The position numbers and the translations under genes were made by a program. A stretch of DNA of 62,180 nt from NCBI GenBank assembly GCA_043228905.1, contig JBHGNT010000167.1, positions 1-62,180 on the forward strand. The letters are read 5' to 3'. Within the stretch, counting starts at the first letter, position 1; the number at the start of each line of letters is the position of its first letter. The stretch is from Azolla caroliniana. Its lineage: Eukaryota > Plantae > Polypodiophyta. The notes under the pieces are model-generated. The model was not told the origin of the DNA, did not search any database, and saw only the letters and a program-made list of their open reading frames with translations. Of this stretch, positions 35,680-49,900 are shown one piece after another.

Positions 35680-38600
35680 AAATCTTCATTTTTTAAGTCC
35701 ATATCGTAGCTAGCGTTGTTAGCTTCGATTCGCATGTTTGAACACAAAAATCAGATATCACACGAGCCAAGTATGAATATTTTATTTAACTCAAGGGCTC
35801 CTCTCAACTCCCTCCTCATGTTTGCTAATTTCGTCATGTCTCTCGACCTGAGTTTTGAAAGTCTTGATTTTTTAATTCCATATCATAGCTAGCATTGTTA
35901 GCTTCGTTCGCATGTTTCAACACAAAAATCCGATATCACACGAGCTAGGTATGAACATTTTAATTTACTCAATGGCTCCACTCAACTCCCTCCTCATGTT
36001 TGGTAATTTCGTCATGTCTCTCGACCTCAGTTTCAAAATCTTCATTTTTTAATTCCATATCGTAGCTAGCGTTGTTAGCTTCGATTCGCATGTTTGAACA
36101 CAAAAATCAGATATCACACGAGCGAGGTATGAACATTTTATTTAACTCAAGGGCTCCTCTCAACTCCGTCCTCATGTTTGCTAATTTCGTCATGTCTCTC
36201 GACCTAAGTTTCAAAATCTTGATTTTTTAATTCCATATCATAGCTAGCGTTGTTAGCTTCGTTTCGCATGTTTGAACACAAAAATCAGATATCACATGAG
36301 CCAGGTATGAATATTTTATTTAACTCAAGGGCTCCTCTCAACTCCCTCCTCGTGTTTACTAATTTCGTCATGACAGGCAACCTGAGTTTCAAAATCTTCA
36401 TTTTCTAATTCCATATCATAGCTAGCGTTGTTAGCTTCGATTCGCATGTTGGAACACAAAAATCCGATATGACAGGAGCCAGGTATGAACATTTTAATTG
36501 TCCTAAAGGGCTCCTCTCAATTCCCTCGTCATGTTTGCTAATTTCTTCATGTCTCTCGACCTGAGTTACAAAATCTTGATATTTTAATTCCATATCATAG
36601 CTAGGGTTGTTAGCTTCGATTCGCATATTTGAACACTAAAATCCGATATCACACGAGCCAAGTATGAACATTTTATTTAACTCAAGGGCTCCTCTCAACT
36701 CCCTCCTCGTGTTTGCTAATTTCGTCATGACAGGCAACCTGAGTTTCAAAATCTTGATTTTCTAATTCCATATCATAGCTAGCGTTGTTAGCTTCGATTC
36801 GCATGTTGGAACACAAAAATCCGATATGACAGGAGCCAGGTATGAACATTTTAATTTACTCAAAGGCCCCACTCAACTCCCTCCTCATGTTTGGTAATTT
36901 CGTCATGTCTCTGGACCTGAGTTTCAAAATCTTGATTTTTTAATTCCATATCATAGCTAGCGTTGTTAGCTTCGATTCGCATGTTTGAGCACAAAAACCG
37001 ATATGACACGAGCCAGGTATGAACATTTTAATTTACTCAAGGGCTCCTCTCAACTAACTCCTCAAATTTGGTAATTTCGTCATCTCTCTCGACCTGAGTT
37101 TCAAAATCTTGATTTTTTAATTCCATATCGTAGCTAGCGTTGTTAGCTTCGATTCGCATGTTTGAACACAAAAATCAGATATCACACGAGCCAAGTATGA
37201 ACATTTTATTTAACTCAAGGGCTCCTCTCAACTCCCTCCTCATGTTTGCTAATTTCGTCATGTCTCTCGACCTGAGTTTCAAAATCTTCATTTTTTAAGT
37301 CCATATCATAGCTAGCATTGTTAGCTTCGTTCGCATGTTTGAACACAAAAATCCGATATCACACGAGCTAGGTATGAACATTTTAATTTACTCAAGGGCT
37401 CCACTCAACTCCCTCCTCATGTTTGGTAATTTCGTCATGTCTCTCGACCTCAGTTTCAAAATCTTCATTTTTTAAGTCCATATCGTAGCTAGCGTTGTTA
37501 GCTTCGATTCGCATGTTTGAACACAAAAATCAGATATCACACGAGCCAAGTATGAATATTTTATTTAACTCAAGGGCTCCTCTCAACTCCCTCCTCATGT
37601 TTGCTAATTTCGTCATGTCTCTCGACCTGAGTTTTGAAAGTCTTGATTTTTTAATTCCATATCATAGCTAGCATTGTTAGCTTCGTTCGCATGTTTCAAC
37701 ACAAAAATCCGATATCACACGAGCTAGGTATGAACATTTTAATTTACTCAATGGCTCCACTCAACTCCCTCCTCATGTTTGGTAATTTCGTCATGTCTCT
37801 CGACCTCAGTTTCAAAATCTTCATTTTTTAATTCCATATCGTAGCTAGCGTTGTTAGCTTCGATTCGCATGTTTGAACACAAAAATCAGATATCACACGA
37901 GCGAGGTATGAACATTTTATTTAACTCAAGGGCTCCTCTCAACTCCGTCCTCATGTTTGCTAATTTCGTCATGTCTCTCGACCTAAGTTTCAAAATCTTG
38001 ATTTTTTAATTCCATATCATAGCTAGCGTTGTTAGCTTCGTTTCGCATGTTTGAACACAAAAATCAGATATCACATGAGCCAGGTATGAATATTTTATTT
38101 AACTCAAGGGCTCCTCTCAACTCCCTCCTCGTGTTTACTAATTTCGTCATGACAGGCAACCTGAGTTTCAAAATCTTCATTTTCTAATTCCATATCATAG
38201 CTAGCGTTGTTAGCTTCGATTCGCATGTTGGAACACAAAAATCCGATATGACAGGAGCCAGGTATGAACATTTTAATTGTCCTAAAGGGCTCCTCTCAAT
38301 TCCCTCGTCATGTTTGCTAATTTCTTCATGTCTCTCGACCTGAGTTACAAAATCTTGATATTTTAATTCCATATCATAGCTAGGGTTGTTAGCTTCGATT
38401 CGCATATTTGAACACTAAAATCCGATATCACACGAGCCAAGTATGAACATTTTATTTAACTCAAGGGCTCCTCTCAACTCCCTCCTCGTGTTTGCTAATT
38501 TCGTCATGACAGGCAACCTGAGTTTCAAAATCTTGATTTTCTAATTCCATATCATAGCTAGCGTTGTTAGCTTCGATTCGCATGTTGGAACACAAAAATC

Positions 38601-39240
38601 CGATATGACAGGAGCCAGGTATGAACATTTTAATTTACTCAAAGGCCCCACTCAACTCCCTCCTCATGTTTGGTAATTTCGTCATGTCTCTGGACCTGAG
38701 TTTCAAAATCTTGATTTTTTAATTCCATATCATAGCTAGCGTTGTTAGCTTCGATTCGCATGTTTGAGCACAAAAACCGATATGACACGAGCCAGGTATG
38801 AACATTTTAATTTACTCAAGGGCTCCTCTCAACTAACTCCTCAAATTTGGTAATTTCGTCATCTCTCTCGACCTGAGTTTCAAAATCTTGATTTTTTAAT
38901 TCCATATCGTAGCTAGCGTTGTTAGCTTCGATTCGCATGTTTGAACACAAAAATCAGATATCACACGAGCCAAGTATGAACATTTTATTTAACTCAAGGG
39001 CTCCTCTCAACTCCCTCCTCATGTTTGCTAATTTCGTCATGTCTCTCGACCTGAGTTTCAAAATCTTCATTTTTTAAGTCCATATCATAGCTAGCATTGT
39101 TAGCTTCGTTCGCATGTTTGAACACAAAAATCCGATATCACACGAGCTAGGTATGAACATTTTAATTTACTCAAGGGCTCCACTCAACTCCCTCCTCATG
39201 TTTGGTAATTTCGTCATGTCTCTCGACCTCAGTTTCAAAA
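35680..39240 (+). repeat. Higher-order repeat: 10-monomer unit (1779 bp), two tandem copies
   Basis: GTTTTGAAAGTC at 35852 and 37631; identical ORF translations at 36405 and 38184 (offset 1779 = 10x178-1). Ends approximate. Confidence 0.85.
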
Positions 39241-42200
39241 TCTTCATTTTTTAATTCCATATCGTAGCTAGCGTTGTTAGCTTCGATTCGCATGTTTGAA
39301 CACAAAAATCAGATATCACACGAGCGAGGTATGAACATTTTATTTAACTCAAGGGCTCCTCTCAACTCCGTCCTCATGTTTGCTAATTTCGTCATGTCTC
39401 TCGACCTGAGTTTCAAAATCTTGATTATTTAATTCCATATCATAGCTAGCGTTGTTAGCTTCGTTTCGCATGTTTGAACACAAAAATCAGATATCACACG
39501 AGCCAGGTATGAACATTTCATTTAACTCAAGGGCTCCTCTCAACTCCCTCCTCATGTTTGCTAATTTCGTCATGTCTCTCGACCTGAGTTTTGAAAGTCT
39601 TGATTTTTTAATTCCATATCATAGCTAGCATTGTTAGCTTCGTTCGCATGTTTCAACACAAAAATCCGATATCACACGAGCTAGGTATGAACATTTTAAT
39701 TTACTCAATGGCTCCACTCAACTCCCTCCTCATGTTTGGTAATTTCGTCATGTCTCTCGACCTCAGTTTCAAAATCTTCATTTTTTAATTCCATATCGTA
39801 GCTAGCGTTGTTAGCTTCGATTCGTATGTTTGAACACAAAAGTCCGATATCACACGAGCCAAGTATGAACATTTTAATTTAGTCAAGGGCTCCTCTCAAC
39901 TCACTCCTCAAATTTAGTAATTTCGTCATGTCTCTCGACCTGAGTTTCAAAATCTTGATTTTTTAATTCCATATCATAGCTAGCGTTGTTAGCTTCGTTT
40001 CGCATGTTTGAACACAAAAATCCGATATCACACGAGCCAGGTATGAACATTTTAATTTACTCAAGGGCCCCACTCAACTCCCTCCTCATGTTTGGTAATT
40101 TCGTCATGTCTCTGGACCTGAGTTTCAAAATCTTGATTTTTTAATTCCATATCATAGCTAGCGTTGTTAGCTTCGATTCGCATGTTTGAACACAAAAACC
40201 GATATGACACGAGCCAGGTATGAACATTTTAATTTACTCAAGGGCTCCTCTCAACTAACTCCTCAAATTTGGTAATTTCGTCATGTCTCTCGACCTGAGT
40301 TTCAAAATCTTCATTTTTTAAGTCCATATCGTAGCTAGCGTTGTTAGCTTCGATTCGCATGTTTGAACACAAAAATCAGATATCACACGAGCCAAGTATG
40401 AATATTTTATTTAACTCAAGGGCTCCTCTCAACTCCCTCCTCATGTTTGCTAATTTCGTCATGTCTCTCGACCTGAGTTTTGAAAGTCTTGATTTTTTAA
40501 TTCCATATCATAGCTAGCATTGTTAGCTTCGTTCGCATGTTTCAACACAAAAATCCGATATCACACGAGCTAGGTATGAACATTTTAATTTACTCAATGG
40601 CTCCACTCAACTCCCTCCTCATGTTTGGTAATTTCGTCATGTCTCTCGACCTCAGTTTCAAAATCTTCATTTTTTAATTCCATATCGTAGCTAGCGTTGT
40701 TAGCTTCGATTCGCATGTTTGAACACAAAAATCAGATATCACACGAGCGAGGTATGAACATTTTATTTAACTCAAGGGCTCCTCTCAACTCCGTCCTCAT
40801 GTTTGCTAATTTCGTCATGTCTCTCGACCTAAGTTTCAAAATCTTGATTTTTTAATTCCATATCATAGCTAGCGTTGTTAGCTTCGTTTCGCATGTTTGA
40901 ACACAAAAATCAGATATCACATGAGCCAGGTATGAATATTTTATTTAACTCAAGGGCTCCTCTCAACTCCCTCCTCGTGTTTACTAATTTCGTCATGACA
41001 GGCAACCTGAGTTTCAAAATCTTCATTTTCTAATTCCATATCATAGCTAGCGTTGTTAGCTTCGATTCGCATGTTGGAACACAAAAATCCGATATGACAG
41101 GAGCCAGGTATGAACATTTTAATTGTCCTAAAGGGCTCCTCTCAATTCCCTCGTCATGTTTGCTAATTTCTTCATGTCTCTCGACCTGAGTTACAAAATC
41201 TTGATATTTTAATTCCATATCATAGCTAGGGTTGTTAGCTTCGATTCGCATATTTGAACACTAAAATCCGATATCACACGAGCCAAGTATGAACATTTTA
41301 TTTAACTCAAGGGCTCCTCTCAACTCCCTCCTCGTGTTTGCTAATTTCGTCATGACAGGCAACCTGAGTTTCAAAATCTTGATTTTCTAATTCCATATCA
41401 TAGCTAGCGTTGTTAGCTTCGATTCGCATGTTGGAACACAAAAATCCGATATGACAGGAGCCAGGTATGAACATTTTAATTTACTCAAAGGCCCCACTCA
41501 ACTCCCTCCTCATGTTTGGTAATTTCGTCATGTCTCTGGACCTGAGTTTCAAAATCTTGATTTTTTAATTCCATATCATAGCTAGCGTTGTTAGCTTCGA
41601 TTCGCATGTTTGAGCACAAAAACCGATATGACACGAGCCAGGTATGAACATTTTAATTTACTCAAGGGCTCCTCTCAACTAACTCCTCAAATTTGGTAAT
41701 TTCGTCATCTCTCTCGACCTGAGTTTCAAAATCTTGATTTTTTAATTCCATATCGTAGCTAGCGTTGTTAGCTTCGATTCGCATGTTTGAACACAAAAAT
41801 CAGATATCACACGAGCCAAGTATGAACATTTTATTTAACTCAAGGGCTCCTCTCAACTCCCTCCTCATGTTTGCTAATTTCGTCATGTCTCTCGACCTGA
41901 GTTTCAAAATCTTCATTTTTTAATTCCATATCATAGCTAGCATTGTTAGCTTCGTTCGCATGTTTGAACACAAAAATCCGATATCACACGAGCTAGGTAT
42001 GAACATTTTAATTTACTCAATGGCTCCACTCAACTCCCTCCTCATGTTTGGTAATTTCGTCATGTCTCTCGACCTCAGTTTCAAAATCTTCATTTTTTAA
42101 TTCCATATCGTAGCTAGCGTTGTTAGCTTCGATTCGCATGTTTGAACACAAAAATCAGATATCACACGAGCGAGGTATGAACATTTTATTTAACTCAAGG

Positions 42201-43929
42201 GCTCCTCTCAACTCCGTCCTCATGTTTGCTAATTTCGTCATGTCTCTCGACCTAAGTTTCAAAATCTTGATTTTTTAATTCCATATCATAGCTAGCGTTG
42301 TTAGCTTCGTTTCGCATGTTTGAACACAAAAATCCGATATCACACGAGCTAGGTATGAACATTTTAATTTACTCAATGGCTCCACTCAACTCCCTCCTCA
42401 TGTTTGGTAATTTCGTCATGTCTCTCGACCTCAGTTTCAAAATCTTCATTTTTTAATTCCATATCGTAGCTAGCGTTGTTAGCTTCGATTCGCATGTTTG
42501 AACACAAAAATCAGATATCACACGAGCGAGGTATGAACATTTTATTTAACTCAAGGGCTCCTCTCAACTCCGTCCTCATGTTTGCTAATTTCGTCATGTC
42601 TCTCGACCTAAGTTTCAAAATCTTGATTTTTTAATTCCATATCATAGCTAGGGTTGTTAGCTTCGATTCGCATATTTGAACACTAAAATCCGATATCACA
42701 CGAGCCAAGTATGAACATTTTATTTAACTCAAGGGCTCCTCTCAACTCCGTCCTCATGTTTGCTAATTTCGTCATGTCTCTCGACCTAAGTTTCAAAATC
42801 TTGATTTTTTAATTCCATATCATAGCTAGCGTTGTTAGCTTCGTTTCGCATGTTTGAACACAAAAATCAGATATCACATGAGCCAGGTATGAATATTTTA
42901 TTTAACTCAAGGGCTCCTCTCAACTCCCTCCTCGTGTTTACTAATTTCGTCATGACAGGCAACCTGAGTTTCAAAATCTTCATTTTCTAATTCCATATCA
43001 TAGCTAGCGTTGTTAGCTTCGATTCGCATGTTGGAACACAAAAATCCGATATGACAGGAGCCAGGTATGAACATTTTAATTGTCCTAAAGGGCTCCTCTC
43101 AATTCCCTCGTCATGTTTGCTAATTTCTTCATGTCTCTCGACCTGAGTTACAAAATCTTGATATTTTAATTCCATATTATAGCTAGGGTTGTTAGCTTCG
43201 ATTCGCATATTTGAACACTAAAATCCGATATCACACGAGCCAAGTATGAACATTTTATTTAACTCAAGGGCTCCTCTCAACTCCCTCCTCGTGTTTGCTA
43301 ATTTCGTCATGACAGGCAACCTGAGTTTCAAAATCTTGATTTTCTAATTCCATATCATAGCTAGCGTTGTTAGCTTCGATTCGCATGTTGGAACACAAAA
43401 ATCCGATATGACAGGAGCCAGGTATGAACATTTTAATTTACTCAAAGGCCCCACTCAACTCCCTCCTCATGTTTGGTAATTTCGTCATGTCTCTGGACCT
43501 GAGTTTCAAAATCTTGATTTTTTAATTCCATATCATAGCTAGCGTTGTTAGCTTCGATTCGCATGTTTGAGCACAAAAACCGATATGACACGAGCCAGGT
43601 ATGAACATTTTAATTTACTCAAGGGCTCCTCTCAACTAACTCCTCAAATTTGGTAATTTCGTCATCTCTCTCGACCTGAGTTTCAAAATCTTGATTTTTT
43701 AATTCCATATCGTAGCTAGCGTTGTTAGCTTCGATTCGCATGTTTGAACACAAAAATCAGATATCACACGAGCCAAGTATGAACATTTTATTTAACTCAA
43801 GGGCTCCTCTCAACTCCCTCCTCATGTTTGCTAATGTCGTCATGTCTCTCGACCTGAGTTTCAAAATCTTCATTTTTTAAGTCCATATCATAGCTAGCAT
43901 TGTTAGCTTCGTTCGCATGTTTGAACACA

Positions 43930-46900
43930 AAAATCCGATATCACACGAGCTAGGTATGAACATTTTAATTTACTCAATGGCTCCACTCAACTCCCTCCTC
44001 ATGTTTGGTAATTTCGTCATGTCTCTCGACCTCAGTTTCAAAATCTTCATTTTTTAATTCCATATCGTAGCTAGCGTTGTTAGCTTCGATTCGCATGTTT
44101 GAACACAAAAATCAGATATCACACGAGCGAGGTATGAACATTTTATTTAACTCAAGGGCTCCTCTCAACTCCGTCCTCATGTTTGCTAATTTCGTCATGT
44201 CTCTCGACCTAAGTTTCAAAATCTTGATTTTTTAATTCCATATCATAGCTAGCGTTGTTAGCTTCGTTTCGCATGTTTGAACACAAAAATCAGATATCAC
44301 ATGAGCCAGGTATGAATATTTTATTTAACTCAAGGGCTCCTCTCAACTCCCTCCTCGTGTTTACTAATTTCGTCATGACAGGCAACCTGAGTTTCAAAAT
44401 CTTCATTTTCTAATTCCATATCATAGCTAGCGTTGTTAGCTTCGATTCGCATGTTGGAACACAAAAATCCGATATGACAGGAGCCAGGTATGAACATTTT
44501 AATTGTCCTAAAGGGCTCCTCTCAATTCCCTCGTCATGTTTGCTAATTTCTTCATGTCTCTCGACCTGAGTTACAAAATCTTGATATTTTAATTCCATAT
44601 CATAGCTAGGGTTGTTAGCTTCGATTCGCATATTTGAACACTAAAATCCGATATCACACGAGGCAAGTATGAACATTTTATTTAACTCAAGGGCTCCTCT
44701 CAACTCCCTCCTCGTGTTTGCTAATTTCGTCATGACAGGCAACCTGAGTTTCAAAATCTTGATTTTCTAATTCCATATCATAGCTAGCGTTGTTAGCTTC
44801 GATTCGCATGTTGGAACACAAAAATCCGATATGACAGGAGCCAGGTATGAACATTTTAATTTACTCAAAGGCCCCACTCAACTCCCTCCTCATGTTTGGT
44901 AATTTCGTCATGTCTCTGGACCTGAGTTTCAAAATCTTGATTTTTTAATTCCATATCATAGCTAGCGTTGTTAGCTTCGATTCGCATGTTTGAGCACAAA
45001 AACCGATATGACACGAGCCAGGTATGAACATTTTAATTTACTCAAGGGCTCCTCTCAACTAACTCCTCAAATTTGGTAATTTCGTCATCTCTCTCGACCT
45101 GAGTTTCAAAATCTTGATTTTTTAATTCCATATCGTAGCTAGCGTTGTTAGCTTCGATTCGCATGTTTGAACACAAAAATCAGATATCACACGAGCCAAG
45201 TATGAACATTTTATTTAACTCAAGGGCTCCTCTCAACTCCCTCCTCATGTTTGCTAATTTCGTCATGTCTCTCGACCTGAGTTTCAAAATCTTCATTTTT
45301 TAAGTCCATATCATAGCTAGCATTGTTAGCTTCGTTCGCATGTTTGAACACAAAAATCCGATATCACACGAGCTAGGTATGAACATTTTAATTTACTCAA
45401 GGGCTCCACTCAACTCCCTCCTCATGTTTGGTAATTTCGTCATGTCTCTCGACCTCAGTTTCAAAATCTTCATTTTTTAATTCCATATCGTAGCTAGCGT
45501 TGTTAGCTTCGATTCGCATGTTTGAACACAAAAATCAGATATCACACGAGCGAGGTATGAACATTTTATTTAACTCAAGGGCTCCTCTCAACTCCGTCCT
45601 CATGTTTGCTAATTTCGTCATGTCTCTCGACCTGAGTTTCAAAATCTTGATTATTTAATTCCATATCATAGCTAGCGTTGTTAGCTTCGTTTCGCATGTT
45701 TGAACACAAAAATCAGATATCACACGAGCCAGGTATGAACATTTCATTTAACTCAAGGGCTCCTCTCAACTCCCTCCTCGTGTTTGCTAATTTCGTCATG
45801 ACAGGCAATCTGAGTTTCAAAATCTTCATTTTCTAATTCCATATCATAGCTAGCGTTGTTAGCTTCGATTCGCATGTTGGAACACAAAAATCCGATATGA
45901 CAGGAGCCAGGTATGAACATTTTAATTGTCCTAAAGGGCTCCTCTCAACTCCCTCGTCATGTTTGCTAATTTCTTCATGTCTCTCGACCTGAGTTACAAA
46001 ATCCTGATATTTTAATTCCATATCATAGCTAGGATAGTTAGCTTCGATTCGCATATTTGAACACTAAAATCCGATATGACACGAGCCAGGTATGAACATT
46101 TTAATTTACTCAAGGGCTCCTCTCAACTAACTCCTCAAATTTGGTAATTTCGTCATGTCTCTCGACCTGAGTTTCAAAATCTTCATTTTTTAAGTCCATA
46201 TCGTAGCTAGCATTGTTAGCTTCGATTCGCATATTTGAACACAAAAATCAGATATCACACGAGCCAAGTATGAACATTTTATTTAACTCAAGGGCTCCTC
46301 TCAACTCCCTCCTCATGTTTGCTAATTTCGTCATGTCTCTCGACCTGAGTTTCAAAGTCTTGATTTTTTAATTTCATATCATAGCTAGCGTTGTTAGCTT
46401 CGTTTCGCATGTTTGAACACAAAAATCCGATATCACACGAGCCAGGTATGAACATTTTAATTTACTCAAGGGCTCCACTCAACTCCCTCCTCATGTTTGG
46501 TAATTTCGTCATGTCTCTGGATCTGAGTTTCAAAATCTTGATTTTTTAATTCCATATTATAGCTAGCGTTGTTAGCTTTGATTCGCATGTTTGAACACAA
46601 AAACCGATATGACACGAGCCAGGTATGAACATTTTAATTTACTCAAGGGCTCCTCTCAACTAACTCCTCAAATTTGGTAATTTCGTCATGTCTCTCGACC
46701 TGAGTTTCAAAATCTTCATTTTTTAAGTCCATATCGTAGCTAGCGTTGTTAGCTTCGATTCGCATGTTTTGAACACAAAAATCAGATATCACACGAGCCA
46801 AGTATGAACATTTTATTTAACTCAAGGGCTCCTCTCAACTCCCTCCTCATGTTTGCTAATTTCGTCATGTCTCTCGACCTGAGTTTCAAAGTCTTGATTT

Positions 46901-49900
46901 TTTAATTCCATATCATAGCTAGCATTGTTAGCTTCGTTCGCATGTTTGAACACAAAAATCCGATATCACACGAGCTAGGTATGAACATTTTAATTTACTC
47001 AAGGGCTCCACTCAACTCCCTCCTCATGTTTGGTAATTTCGTCATGTCTCTCGACCTCAGTTTCAAATTTTTCATTTTTTAATTCCATATCGTAGCTAGC
47101 GTTGTTAGCTTCGATTCGCATGTTTGAACACAAAAATCAGATATCACACGAGCCAGGTATGAACATTTTATTTAACTCAAGGGCTCCTCTCAACTCCCTC
47201 CTCATGTTTGCTAATTTCGTCATGTCTCTCGACCTGAGTTTCAAAATCTTGATTTTTTAATTCCATATCATAGCTAGCGTTGTTAGCTTCGTTTCGCATG
47301 TTTGAACACAAAAATCAGATATCACACGAGCCAGGTATGAACATTTTATTTAACTCAAGGGCTCCTCTCAACTCCGTCCTCGTTTTTGCTAATTTCGTCA
47401 TGACAGGCAACCTGAGTTTCAAAATCTTCATTTTCTAATTCCATATCATAGCTAGCGTTGTTAGCTTCGATTCGCATGTTTGAACACAAAAACCGATATG
47501 ACACGAGCCAAGGATGAACATTTTAATTTACTCAAGGGCTCCTCTCAACTAACTCCTCAAATTTGGTAATTTCGTCATGTCTCTCGACCTGAGTTTCAAA
47601 ATCTTCATTTTTTAAGTCCATATCGTAGCTAGCGTTGTTAGCTTCGATTCGCATGTTTGAACACAAAAATCAGATATCACACGAGCCAAGTATGAATATT
47701 TTATTTAACTCAAGGGCTCCTCTCAACTCCCTCCTCATGTTTGCTAATTTCGTCATGTCTCTCGACCTGAGTTTTGAAAGTCTTGATTTTTTAATTCCAT
47801 ATCATAGCTAGCATTGTTAGCTTCGTTCGCATGTTTCAACACAAAAATCCGATATCACACGAGCTAGGTATGAACATTTTAATTTACTCAATGGCTCCAC
47901 TCAACTCCCTCCTCATGTTTGGTAATTTCGTCATGTCTCTCGACCTCAGTTTCAAAATCTTCATTTTTTAATTCCATATCGTAGCTAGCGTTGTTAGCTT
48001 CGATTCGCATGTTTGAACACAAAAATCAGATATCACACGAGCGAGGTATGAACATTTTATTTAACTCAAGGGCTCCTCTCAACTCCGTCCTCATGTTTGC
48101 TAATTTCGTCATGTCTCTCGACCTAAGTTTCAAAATCTTGATTTTTTAATTCCATATCATAGCTAGCGTTGTTAGCTTCGTTTCGCATGTTTGAACACAA
48201 AAATCAGATATCACACGAGCCAGGTATGAATATTTTATTTAACTCAAGGGCTCCTCTCAACTCCCTCCTCGTGTTTACTAATTTCGTCATGACAGGCAAC
48301 CTGAGTTTCAAAATCTTCATTTTCTAATTCCATATCATAGCTAGCGTTGTTAGCTTCGATTCGCATGTTGGAACACAAAAATCCGATATGACAGGAGCCA
48401 GGTATGAACATTTTAATTGTCCTAAAGGGCTCCTCTCAATTCCCTCGTCATGTTTGCTAATTTCTTCATGTCTCTCGACCTGAGTTACAAAATCTTGATA
48501 TTTTAATTCCATATCATAGCTAGGGTTGTTAGCTTCGATTCGCATATTTGAACACTAAAATCCGATATCACACGAGCCAAGTATGAACATTTTATTTAAC
48601 TCAAGGGCTCCTCTCAACTCCCTCCTCGTGTTTGCTAATTTCGTCATGACAGGCAACCTGAGTTTCAAAATCTTGATTTTCTAATTCCATATCATAGCTA
48701 GCGTTGTTAGCTTCGATTCGCATGCTGGAACACAAAAATCCGATATGACAGGAGCCAGGTATGAACATTTTAATTTACTCAAAGGCCCCACTCAACTCCC
48801 TCCTCATGTTTGGTAATTTCGTCATGTCTCTGGACCTGAGTTTCAAAATCTTGATTTTTTAATTCCATATCATAGCTAGCGTTGTTAGCTTCGATTCGCA
48901 TGTTTGAGCACAAAAACCGATATGACACGAGCCAGGTATGAACATTTTAATTTACTCAAGGGCTCCTCTCAACTAACTCCTCAAATTTGGTAATTTCGTC
49001 ATCTCTCTCGACCTGAGTTTCAAAATCTTGATTTTTTAATTCCATATCGTAGCTAGCGTTGTTAGCTTCGATTCGCATGTTTGAACACAAAAATCAGATA
49101 TCACACGAGCCAAGTATGAACATTTTATTTAACTCAAGGGCTCCTCTCGACTCCCTCCTCATGTTTGCTAATTTCGTCATGTCTCTCGACCTGAGTTACA
49201 AAATCTTCATTTTTTAAGTCCATATCATAGCTAGCATTGTTAGCTTCGTTCGCAAGTTTGAACACAAAAATCCGATATCACACGAGCTAGGTATGAACAT
49301 TTTAATTTACTCAAGGGCTGCACTCAACTCCCTCCTCATGTTTGGTAATTTCGTCATGTCTCTCGACCTCAGTTTCAAAATCTTCATTTTTTAATTCCAT
49401 ATCGTAGCTAGCGTTGTTAGCTTCGATTCGCATGTTTGAACACAAAAATCAGATATCACACGAGCGAGGTATGAACATTTTATTTAACTCAAGGGCTCCT
49501 CTCAACTCCGTCCTCATGTTTGCTAATTTCGTCATGTCTCTCGACCTGAGTTTCAAAATCTTGATTATTTAATTCCATATCATAGCTAGCGTTGTTAGCT
49601 TCGTTTCGCATGTTTGAACACAAAAATCAGATATCACACGAGCCAGGTATGAACATTTCATTTAACTCAAGGGCTCCTCTCAACTCCCTCCTCGTGTTTA
49701 CTAATTTCGTCATGACAGGCAATCTGAGTTTCAAAATCTTCATTTTCTAATTCCATATCATAGCTAGCGTTGTTAGCTTCGATTCGCATGTTGGAACACA
49801 AAAATCCGATATGACAGGAGCCAGGTATGAACATTTTAATTGTCCTAAAGGGCTCCTCTCAACTCCCTCGTCATGTTTGCTAATTTCTTCATGTCTCTCG